From Bacteroidia bacterium (GTDB taxonomy: Bacteria > Bacteroidota > Bacteroidia > AKYH767-A > OLB10): 49,420 nucleotides of DNA. Shown here in pieces: positions 39,092 to 47,292 of the stretch. Below the pieces are notes generated by a model. That model saw only the letters and a list, made by a program, of their open reading frames with translations. It did not search any database and was not told the origin of the DNA. Positions within the stretch are counted from its first letter, which is position 1, and each line of letters starts with the position of its first letter. Location: the NCBI GenBank assembly GCA_046160245.1, contig JBJXGU010000322.1:1-49420 (forward strand). Direction: 5' to 3'. Position numbers and translations under genes: made by a program.

Positions 39092-41005
39092 ATGAAACGA
39101 TTTGACCTTGAAGATAAAATTGCAGGTGTACTGGTGATTATCGGTGCACTTTTTCGATTTTATAATTATAATAATTGGTCACTCAGTAATGATGAATTGA
39201 GTGCAATCACTCGATTAAATTATAGTTCTTTTTCTGAAATGATCGAGCAGGGTGTACGGTTAACGGATATGCATCCTGTAGGTGTGCAATCTTTCCTTTG
39301 GGTATGGACCCATCTCTTTGGTGTGAGCGAAACGGTGTTGCGTTTGCCGTTTATATTGCTCGGAATTTTATCAATACCGTTATTGTACGTAACAGGAAAA
39401 AACTTTTTCGGAAAATTTCCTGCACTTATGGCAACCACCGTTTTTGTTGCGTTGGAATTTCCGATCCTCTATGCTCAGCTCGCCCGACCTTATAGCCCAG
39501 GATTGTTTTTTAGTTTGTTGGTTTTGTATTCATGGTCAACCATGATGTGGAAATCACAAGCATGGAGTTGGAGAACTGCATTGTGGTTTGTGGTGGGTGG
39601 AGTAGGAACCATGTATTCACACTATTTCAGTTTTCTTTTCACCGCAATTGTTGGACTAGCGGGATTGTTTTTAATTCAAAAGGAAAATAGATTGAAGTAT
39701 TTACTCTGCGGATTTTTAATGTTCCTGTTTTACATTCCTAATATAAATGTCTTCTTGTATCAATTTAGTATCGGAGGTCTAGGTGGATCGGAGGGTTGGT
39801 TAGGTCCTCCAGAGAAAGATGCAATTTGGAAATATGTCTTGTATTGTTTCAACGAAAGTGTCTTTTTGTTGCTCACACTTTTTGGTTTAATTGTAGTTAT
39901 GTTTTTTGTATTAAGAGTTAAGTTTAAATGGAAAGTGCAACACAGCATGGCTTTATTGTTTTTTATTTTACCCGCTTTGATTGCTTACTTTTATTCTGTC
40001 TATAAGAATCCGGTTTTTCAGTATTCAATTTTATTGTTCAGTTTTCCTTGTTTACTTCTTTTACTATTCTCCTGGTTCGAAAGTCAGGTTATTAACGTTA
40101 AAAATTATACATTTTTAATGCTAGCTCTTCTTATAACTTCTTTCAGTACCATCTTTGCACAGCAATTTTATCACAAACAAAATTTCGCTCCGTTTAAGTT
40201 GGTAGTTGAAAAAATGGCCACTTACCATTCAATGTACGGATCGAAAAAAACACTGGCCACCGTGAATGTGATTCATCCTAATTACATTCATTATTATTCA
40301 AATCGATATCCTTCTTCCCCAGTATTTGAACAGTATCTCTGTAATAGAGCCGCTCATTTTGTGGCATTAAAGCACATGGTGGACACTTCAACTGCGCAAA
40401 CATTTATTCATGGTTGGTCAAATAATTATCATGCACCCGAAGTTGAAATGATCATTGCAGAAAAGTTTCCTTATCTCGTTCACTATGACCCTTTCTTTAA
40501 TGCAGGAGTCATGGTTTACTCAAAAGATAGTACGTTGACGCCTGCGATTGCTCCTGGAACTTTGTTAGTGGTAACTAATAATTTTGAAATACCATCTTGG
40601 CCCAATGATGATAAATTTAGAACGGATAGTATTTCAATTGAAGGAAATTGGTCATTGCGAATGAATCCAGATCAGGAATACAGCAGCTCTTATAAGTCAA
40701 GTGCTGCTAATCTTGGTTTTGAAAAGGGATCAGTATATCAAATGTCTTGTAAATACTTTTCCGATACAACTTTAACCGATGTGGTGTTCGTGGTGTCTAT
40801 AGAAAGGAAAGGGGAAAGCCTTTTATGGAGAGGAGTTCATTTAAGCGATTTTCCTGTCGAAAATGAAACATGGACCTCGTTTTATGTCGGATATAAATTG
40901 GTAGAAGATATATTGCCTGATGATGAGGTGATATTTTATTTTTATAATGCTTCTAAACAGAAATTTTTTATTGATGATTTTGTTTTCCGTGTTTTAGACA
41001 AATAA
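39092..41005 (+). CDS. Polytopic membrane glycosyltransferase, GT39/ArnT-like
   Basis: 637 aa. Roughly ten or more TM helices in the N-terminal two-thirds and a soluble C-terminal domain. The N-terminal loop with DELSAITR resembles GT-C enzymes. Confidence 0.6.
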   Translation: MKRFDLEDKIAGVLVIIGALFRFYNYNNWSLSNDELSAITRLNYSSFSEMIEQGVRLTDMHPVGVQSFLWVWTHLFGVSETVLRLPFILLGILSIPLLYVTGKNFFGKFPALMATTVFVALEFPILYAQLARPYSPGLFFSLLVLYSWSTMMWKSQAWSWRTALWFVVGGVGTMYSHYFSFLFTAIVGLAGLFLIQKENRLKYLLCGFLMFLFYIPNINVFLYQFSIGGLGGSEGWLGPPEKDAIWKYVLYCFNESVFLLLTLFGLIVVMFFVLRVKFKWKVQHSMALLFFILPALIAYFYSVYKNPVFQYSILLFSFPCLLLLLFSWFESQVINVKNYTFLMLALLITSFSTIFAQQFYHKQNFAPFKLVVEKMATYHSMYGSKKTLATVNVIHPNYIHYYSNRYPSSPVFEQYLCNRAAHFVALKHMVDTSTAQTFIHGWSNNYHAPEVEMIIAEKFPYLVHYDPFFNAGVMVYSKDSTLTPAIAPGTLLVVTNNFEIPSWPNDDKFRTDSISIEGNWSLRMNPDQEYSSSYKSSAANLGFEKGSVYQMSCKYFSDTTLTDVVFVVSIERKGESLLWRGVHLSDFPVENETWTSFYVGYKLVEDILPDDEVIFYFYNASKQKFFIDDFVFRVLDK

Positions 41006-41033
41006 CCACCCTAGAAATTTTATCCCACCAATT

Positions 41034-42521
41034 CTAGAAAAGAAATCCAAATGTCATCAATACACGATGGTTTGTTTCTTTTAACGAAATTCCCTCTGTA
41101 CTTTGGTTGTTAAGTGAATAAGGTTCAAAATAACTTCCTTGCTGTGACCATGAATAACCTAAGTCATAGTACCATTTCTTTTCACGAAAACCAAACCCGG
41201 CTGTAATCCCGATTTTACTTAAATCATTCTCCTTTGAATCGCGTAGTGCAGTTTTGAATGGAGAAGTAGAATAAAAGCCACCGGTTCTAAAACGGAATTG
41301 ATCAAATCTGAATTCAACTCCGGCTCTTAAGTTATGGGAACCTGTATATTTTCGTCCAATAGCATTATTCACTGGATTAAAGTCAGCAGCGAAAGAACGA
41401 TCCACTGGTTTGACTCTTGCTTGACTATAATCTAAATATTCGTAATCTACATTTAAGGCCGCTTGCTTTCCTAATATCAATGCGAGATTAGTCATGACAC
41501 GAAATGGAGTAGTAATTTTATAGTCGAATGGAATAAATTCTGGACCTGCATACGAACGAATATTACCGTCTTGTAAATCTGTTTTAATGGTTGCTGAATA
41601 TTTATCTACTAATGTATACCAAGTGGGAGAGTGAATAGCTACACCAATGCGAATCGCATCTACAGGACGAAAAATAGCTCCGAATTTTAAGTTGATACCA
41701 CTTCCTGTAGTTTTTAAATCTTGATTATATTGAAAGCTGGTGAAGTTGGGAATAGTGTCTTGGTCGTCTTTTTCTTCCCAGGTACTTTCTTCTTCATATC
41801 GCAAAGAAGCAATGCCTAAGGTAAATCCTAAATATAGTTTTTCATTATAATTCCCACCAAAAGTAAAATCCCATTCACCTTGTCCACCTTTTGTTTCTAC
41901 CGTCCTTGTTTGTAAAGCTCCAGCAAAAGGAACAGCACTATAATAGTGAATATTGCCAGCATTGGTAAATGTGTCTATTAAGAAGGTCTGCCAGGCTAAA
42001 TCTACGTCGAATGGATAATTATTGGGAATGTCATCTGGATCTACACCCTCTAACTCTTCCAAATAACTATTGAGTAAAGAATTTTTTCCATTGTTTGCTG
42101 ATGCGGTATACCGCCCATTAAAATCGTTGGTTCTATTATATCCAATTCCAAAAGCTACTCCTTTCCAGTCGGAAGATGAATTTTCTCGATTCGAAGCCCA
42201 AACCATTCCTAAGTTACCAAAAGAAAATTTAAAGGCATTGTCGCTATTGTCTTTTCCAATATAGTTTGCATCTGTAGTGCGATTGGAAAACATTTGACTT
42301 ATAGAAAATTCAGATATCCTATAAAATGCAATTCCTGCAGGGTTGGTGGAGAGTGAGCTAAAGTCGGCACCTAGGGCGCCAAAAGCATTTCCCATCGCTA
42401 ATGATCTTGCAGTACTTCCATAATTAAGCATACTGTAACGCAAGGCATCTGCATCATTTTGTGCTTGGGATGCTAAACAACTCATGATTAGAATGGAGAT
42501 GGTAAGCAGTGATTTTTGCAT
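41034..42521 (-). CDS. Outer-membrane beta-barrel protein, FadL/PorV-like
   Basis: 495 aa. Signal peptide (ASQAQ). N-terminal ARSLAMGNAFGALGADFSSLSTNPAGIAF resembles the FadL/PorV hatch motif. C-terminal residues MTFGFLF end in an aromatic. Confidence 0.7.
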   Translation of the reverse strand: MQKSLLTISILIMSCLASQAQNDADALRYSMLNYGSTARSLAMGNAFGALGADFSSLSTNPAGIAFYRISEFSISQMFSNRTTDANYIGKDNSDNAFKFSFGNLGMVWASNRENSSSDWKGVAFGIGYNRTNDFNGRYTASANNGKNSLLNSYLEELEGVDPDDIPNNYPFDVDLAWQTFLIDTFTNAGNIHYYSAVPFAGALQTRTVETKGGQGEWDFTFGGNYNEKLYLGFTLGIASLRYEEESTWEEKDDQDTIPNFTSFQYNQDLKTTGSGINLKFGAIFRPVDAIRIGVAIHSPTWYTLVDKYSATIKTDLQDGNIRSYAGPEFIPFDYKITTPFRVMTNLALILGKQAALNVDYEYLDYSQARVKPVDRSFAADFNPVNNAIGRKYTGSHNLRAGVEFRFDQFRFRTGGFYSTSPFKTALRDSKENDLSKIGITAGFGFREKKWYYDLGYSWSQQGSYFEPYSLNNQSTEGISLKETNHRVLMTFGFLF

Positions 42522-42553
42522 GGTATTTTATTGGTGGTTTAGGATATAAAAAA

Positions 42554-42616
42554 GGCTGCAATTGATGAAAGCGATTACGTCAATTAAATTGAGTGAAAGC
42601 CTTATAAATTGCAGCC
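42554..42616 (-). terminator. Long hairpin plus T6 (minus strand) between the lipoprotein and OMP genes
   Basis: GGCTGCAATT (42554-42563) pairs with AATTGCAGCC (42607-42616). The loop is 43 nt. A6 on the plus strand (42548-42553) is T6 after the stem on the minus strand. Confidence 0.4.
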
Positions 42617-42631
42617 CGTTACTATTTTATT

Positions 42632-44410
42632 TTATCTTCTATTTCGTCCTCCTCCTGATGAATTACTCGATCCAGAACTTCTGGTATTCGATGGTGCAGG
42701 AGTAGAATAGGATGGACTTGAAGTTCTAGGACTCGATTTTACTTCACTGTTACTTGGCGAAGAGTTATTACTCTTAGGAGTAGAATAGGACCTAGGACTT
42801 TTCTCACGATTCTTTTTAGGAGCTGAATAGTTGTTGTCGTTTCGAGGTGTAGAATTCTTCGGTGTATAATCATTATTTCTTGGTGTGGTTTCTACCGGAG
42901 TATTCTCACGTGGCGTTGAATAGTTGTTGTTTCTAGGAGTAGAACCGTCGTTTGATTTTGGAGTGTTGTAATCAGAAGGCGTTTCATTTCGTGGATTTGA
43001 ATAGGTGTTCGAATTATTATTCCGCGGAGTAGTATTCTTAGGTGGATATTCATTGCCGTTAGGTTCTGAATTCTTAGGATCGTAATTGTTCTCGTATGTT
43101 TTTGGTGTCGTATTTTTCGGCTCTGTATTGCGCGGAGTGTAATTAGTTCCGTCGTTCCTAGGAGTCGTGTTTTTAGGATCTGTATTGCGCGGAGTGTAAT
43201 TCGTACCATCGTTCTTAGGAGTCGTGTTTTTCGGATCTGTATTGCGAGGTGTGGAAAAAGTTCCATCATTGACAGGAGTCGTGTTTTTAGGATCTGTATT
43301 ACGAGGAGTGTAATTTGTACCATCTTTGGTTGGAGAAGTGGATCTTGGATTTGCATTTTCTCCGTTTTCATTTTTTATAGTGCGTGGGTTCACAATTGTG
43401 TTTTTCGGATTGTTAGGAGACTCCGAATTGTTTCTCACTGGATGAGAAGCTTGTGAAGCTAAGGATGTGATATTGTTTTTTGGTCGACCAATAGCAGATA
43501 CTCCATCTGTTGCTGTAAACGTTCTTGGAGTTTTAGGATCAGATGTTAAATTTCTACCATAAATTTCACCAACAGATCTACCTCCAGGTACATTGCTTGC
43601 TACATTATTTCTTCCATTTTTTCTTGGACCATAATAGTAGCTGTAGGAATCATAACTATTAAAGTAACTACCGTTGAAAGTTCCATTATAGAGTCCTGCA
43701 TAATAACCATTCATATAACCTTGGTTGTAGCCATTCATATATCCATGGTTGTAACCGTGGTTGAAGCCATTCCAGCCATTGTTCCATCCCCATGAATTTC
43801 CCCATCCCCAGGATGGACCATAACCAAAACCAACATTCCATCCGTTATTGTAACCCCAGCTTGAATAAAAAGGAGGGTTCCACCAGCTATATCCGCAATA
43901 TACACTTACACCCCAAGAGTAGGGATTGTAATCATACATATAGGTGTTGGTATAGAAAGGATCGTAATAACTCCATCCTAAAGGACGGTAAAAACGACGG
44001 ATACGCGCTGAATAAGCATAATCGTAGTAATCGTCGTCGTCATAATAATTATTGGTCACGTAAGTATTTCCTTCCTGATCTTGATATTGAGATGAGGAAG
44101 AAGGAGAGCTGTTTGAAGAATTTTGGTTGTTGTCAATACGATCATTATTAGCATAATTGCCGTTTTGTGTCTGATCCCCATTGTTTTGAGAGTCATATTG
44201 ATTGGCTGGAGCGGGCTCAGAATAATTATCGTTTGAACGATTGTTGTTCGAATTGCTTTGCTCAGCATTGTTGCTTTGACGGTAATTGTCAGCGATGGCA
44301 TCACGATCTGAATAATACACATCATCATATTCTCGACTCGCTGTCTTGCTTGCTGAACATGAACTCAAGCTGATGGCAGCTGAAATGAGTACAAAGGTTA
44401 ATTTTTTCAT
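42632..44410 (-). CDS. Low-complexity N/Y/W/G/P/T-rich lipoprotein with tandem repeats
   Basis: Start taken at MKKLTFVLISAAISLSSC (lipobox). The body has an acidic and aromatic DDVYY...YYDDDDYYDYAY segment, a GWN/GYN-rich segment, then 19-aa NDGTNYTPRNTDPKNTTPR repeats and a basic S/P-rich tail ending GGGRNRR. Confidence 0.75.
   Translation of the reverse strand: MKKLTFVLISAAISLSSCSASKTASREYDDVYYSDRDAIADNYRQSNNAEQSNSNNNRSNDNYSEPAPANQYDSQNNGDQTQNGNYANNDRIDNNQNSSNSSPSSSSQYQDQEGNTYVTNNYYDDDDYYDYAYSARIRRFYRPLGWSYYDPFYTNTYMYDYNPYSWGVSVYCGYSWWNPPFYSSWGYNNGWNVGFGYGPSWGWGNSWGWNNGWNGFNHGYNHGYMNGYNQGYMNGYYAGLYNGTFNGSYFNSYDSYSYYYGPRKNGRNNVASNVPGGRSVGEIYGRNLTSDPKTPRTFTATDGVSAIGRPKNNITSLASQASHPVRNNSESPNNPKNTIVNPRTIKNENGENANPRSTSPTKDGTNYTPRNTDPKNTTPVNDGTFSTPRNTDPKNTTPKNDGTNYTPRNTDPKNTTPRNDGTNYTPRNTEPKNTTPKTYENNYDPKNSEPNGNEYPPKNTTPRNNNSNTYSNPRNETPSDYNTPKSNDGSTPRNNNYSTPRENTPVETTPRNNDYTPKNSTPRNDNNYSAPKKNREKSPRSYSTPKSNNSSPSNSEVKSSPRTSSPSYSTPAPSNTRSSGSSNSSGGGRNRR
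43062..43346. repeat. 57-bp (19-codon) tandem repeat, four well-conserved units plus one degenerate unit, inside the lipoprotein CDS
   Basis: Unit starts GG(A/C)TCTGTATTGCG at 43119, 43176, 43233 and 43290, exactly 57 bp apart. A degenerate unit starts at 43062. Confidence 0.9.
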
Positions 44411-44565
44411 GGCTTTTTCCTTTTTATTATGTTTGACCAACAATTTGATGGTCTGAACTGTCATTAGTTTAAGATTTGATTGGCTATGTGCAGTCAGTTT
44501 TCCAATTTTGCTGTGTCAAACGACGAGGCAAACACAATGCCAAACTTTGTAAAGATATAAATCCT

Positions 44566-46041
44566 ATGAGCGAACAACTAACACCAAGAGCAGAAAATTA
44601 TTCCCAGTGGTATCAAGACCTAGTAATCAAAGCTGATTTAGCTGAGAACTCGGCTGTTAGAGGGTGTATGGTGATAAAACCCTATGGTTATGCCATCTGG
44701 GAACGCATGCAACAAGACCTCGATCGACGTTTTAAGGAGACCGGACATTCCAACGCTTATTTCCCTCTCTTCATCCCAAAATCATTTTTCTCGAAGGAAG
44801 CGAGCCACGTAGAAGGCTTTGCCAAGGAATGTGCAGTGGTTACGCACTACAGATTAAAAAACGATCCCGATGGAAAAGGCGTGATCGTTGATGAAACCGC
44901 CAAGCTGGAAGAAGAATTAATCGTTCGTCCAACATCGGAAACCATAATTTGGAATACTTACCGTGGATGGATTCAATCGTATCGTGATCTACCTATTTTG
45001 ATTAATCAATGGGCGAATGTGGTGAGATGGGAAATGCGCACAAGATTGTTTTTACGAACCACAGAGTTCTTGTGGCAAGAAGGTCATACTGCTCATGCAA
45101 CACAGGAAGAAGCCATCGCGGAGGCTAACCAAATGTTGGAAGTGTATGCCTCTTTTGCAGAAGATATTCTCGCTATTCCTGTTCTAAAAGGAAGAAAATC
45201 GGCGAACGAAAGATTTGCAGGCGCATTAGATACATTGTGCATTGAAGCTTTAATGCAAGATGGAAAAGCATTGCAAGCCGGCACATCCCATTTTCTAGGT
45301 CAAAATTTTGCAAAAGCATTTGATGTGAAATTTACATCGAAGGAAGGGAAGCAAGATTTTGTTTGGGCTACTTCATGGGGTGTTTCTACTCGATTAATGG
45401 GTGCATTAATTATGTCGCATAGTGATGATAGCGGTTTGGTTTTACCTCCTCGATTAGCTCCCATTCAAGTGGTGATCATACCTATTTATAAGGGAGATGA
45501 GCAGCTAGAATTATTGACTCAATTCATCCAACCCATCATTACAAAATTAAAAGCGAAAGGAATTTCGGTGAAGTTTGATAACAGAGATACGCATAAGCCA
45601 GGATGGAAATTTGCAGAGTATGAATTGAAAGGCGTTCCGGTTCGTATTGCCATAGGACCGCGCGATATGGAAAACGGAACCGTAGAAGTGGCTCGCCGTG
45701 ATACCAAAGAAAAAAGCGTGTATCAAGTAACAGATCTTGATTTGAAAATAGAACATTTGTTAAGTCAAATTCAAGACAATATTTACAAAAAGGCACAAAC
45801 CTTTAGAGAAGAGAATACTTATCGAGCAGATTCCTGGACAGAGTTCAATAAAATTTTAGATGAGAAAGGTGGTTTTATCTATGCGCATTGGGATGGTACT
45901 CCTGAGACCGAAGAAAAAATAAAAGAGATGACGAAAGCTACGATTCGTTGTATTCCACTTGGAAATAAATTGGAAGCCGGTAAATGCATTCTAACAGGGA
46001 ATCCATCGATCCAACGGGTAGTGTTTGCGCGAGCTTATTAA
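44566..46041 (+). CDS. proS: Prolyl-tRNA synthetase (archaeal/eukaryote-like type)
   Basis: [21 protein letters not shown]-terminus, class II motifs ([25 protein letters not shown]), C-terminal Zn-binding-like domain. Start moved to the ATG at 44566. Confidence 0.95.
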   Translation: MSEQLTPRAENYSQWYQDLVIKADLAENSAVRGCMVIKPYGYAIWERMQQDLDRRFKETGHSNAYFPLFIPKSFFSKEASHVEGFAKECAVVTHYRLKNDPDGKGVIVDETAKLEEELIVRPTSETIIWNTYRGWIQSYRDLPILINQWANVVRWEMRTRLFLRTTEFLWQEGHTAHATQEEAIAEANQMLEVYASFAEDILAIPVLKGRKSANERFAGALDTLCIEALMQDGKALQAGTSHFLGQNFAKAFDVKFTSKEGKQDFVWATSWGVSTRLMGALIMSHSDDSGLVLPPRLAPIQVVIIPIYKGDEQLELLTQFIQPIITKLKAKGISVKFDNRDTHKPGWKFAEYELKGVPVRIAIGPRDMENGTVEVARRDTKEKSVYQVTDLDLKIEHLLSQIQDNIYKKAQTFREENTYRADSWTEFNKILDEKGGFIYAHWDGTPETEEKIKEMTKATIRCIPLGNKLEAGKCILTGNPSIQRVVFARAY

Positions 46042-46077
46042 TTTTTTGCTAAATTTATGTTCTACTGATGCGAGCTC

Positions 46078-46764
46078 ATGGATAATACAAACAGCGATTT
46101 AGTCAATACCATTCTGAAAAAAGGAGGGTTGGCAAAGGATGTGACGGATAGTACATTTAATGTGCTTGCGTTGTTTAAATCCGTTTTGCAACAAATCGAA
46201 GTGGAGCTAAAATCGGCAATCATCTCGGAAAAACCGAGAATTAAAATTCAATATAAAGATCGAGGTACGTTTGAAGCCGAAATTAAAGTAGCCGAAGATG
46301 TTTTAATTTTCATCATGCATACCAATGCCTTTGTTTTTAATTCTGCACATCCCATCTGGAAATCGAGTTATGTGAATTTAGATAAGAGCCGTGGAACAGT
46401 AGGGATGATTAGTATTTATAATTTCCTTTCCGACTCCTTTAAATTTGATCGAAAAGGGGATACAGGTCATTTGGTAGCAAGAGTCTTTGTAAATAAAGAT
46501 GGATATTTTTTTGTGGAAGGAAAACGTCAACTTGGAATTTTATTTAATGACTATCCAAATATGAAAGCGAGTGCGGAAACAATTCGCCCGTTAATCGAGA
46601 GTGCCATCGCTTTCAGTTTAGATATTGATGTAGATGTACCACCCTTCGATGCTATGAAAGAAATTACTGTCGTCCAAGCTATGGTTAACACGATGCAAAG
46701 CACCTTCACTACAGGAAAACGTCTCGGTTTTAAGTTTGAAGGCGAGACGGATGTGGAAGGATGA
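46078..46764 (+). CDS. Hypothetical cytoplasmic protein (228 aa)
   Basis: Clean ORF with no signal peptide or TM helix. No family recognised. Confidence 0.55.
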   Translation: MDNTNSDLVNTILKKGGLAKDVTDSTFNVLALFKSVLQQIEVELKSAIISEKPRIKIQYKDRGTFEAEIKVAEDVLIFIMHTNAFVFNSAHPIWKSSYVNLDKSRGTVGMISIYNFLSDSFKFDRKGDTGHLVARVFVNKDGYFFVEGKRQLGILFNDYPNMKASAETIRPLIESAIAFSLDIDVDVPPFDAMKEITVVQAMVNTMQSTFTTGKRLGFKFEGETDVEG

Positions 46765-46766
46765 TA

Positions 46767-46800
46767 TTAATTAAGAATTAAGAATTAAGAATTCAGAATT
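46767..46800 (+). repeat. 34-bp AAGAATT-type heptamer repeat, left copy
   Basis: TTAATTAAGAATTAAGAATTAAGAATTCAGAATT. Identical at 32 of 34 positions to 48829-48862. Confidence 0.9.
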
Positions 46801-47292
46801 ATGAATGCAGAATTAACCATTTATGATGCATTTCAAACAGAAGGAAAAGGAGCCATAGCCTCTAATTTTCAAGAGATAGTGTCTATTGCCCACCAATGCC
46901 CACAAGCTGGAGGACCTTATGTATTCATTGCCCGTAATTATTTAAAATACATGGGCTGGCATTTCGATTATAACGATGCCATCACCTGTTTGCAGCAAGG
47001 AATTTTTAGAGTGGAAAGTGGAAATGAAATAGAGAATTCAAAGTCGACAATGCTCGTTTTCCCAAACCCTGCCGGCGACTTGTTAAAAATAGATTTAGTA
47101 GATAGAAAGGATGCTATCCAAACCGTAGAGTTATTAGATCAAATGGGTCGAATTGTTTATTCAGTTAAATCGCAGGAGCAATCACCGACGTTACAATTAA
47201 ATCTACAAGCTCTTGCACAAGGTTTATATATGATTCGTTGCACTACTACTAATAAATTTGTTTATAATTCTAAACTTATTATTCAAAAGTAA
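46801..47292 (+). CDS. T9SS C-terminal sorting domain protein lacking a signal peptide (possible gene remnant)
   Basis: 163 aa. The C-terminal ~80 aa is a type-A CTD (LVFPNPAGDLLKIDL...YMIRC...KLIIQK). The N-terminus is not hydrophobic. The first codons (ATGAATGCAGAATT) are themselves repeat-derived sequence. Confidence 0.5.
   Translation: MNAELTIYDAFQTEGKGAIASNFQEIVSIAHQCPQAGGPYVFIARNYLKYMGWHFDYNDAITCLQQGIFRVESGNEIENSKSTMLVFPNPAGDLLKIDLVDRKDAIQTVELLDQMGRIVYSVKSQEQSPTLQLNLQALAQGLYMIRCTTTNKFVYNSKLIIQK

Noticed and set aside
42892-44373. Alternative-frame ORFs over the lipoprotein gene (42892-43371 -, 43792-44151 +, 44056-44328 -, 44167-44373 +)
   Set aside because: They are produced by the repeat and low-complexity composition, which leaves several frames without stop codons. 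The lipobox-bearing frame is the only one with an export signal and a sensible start.
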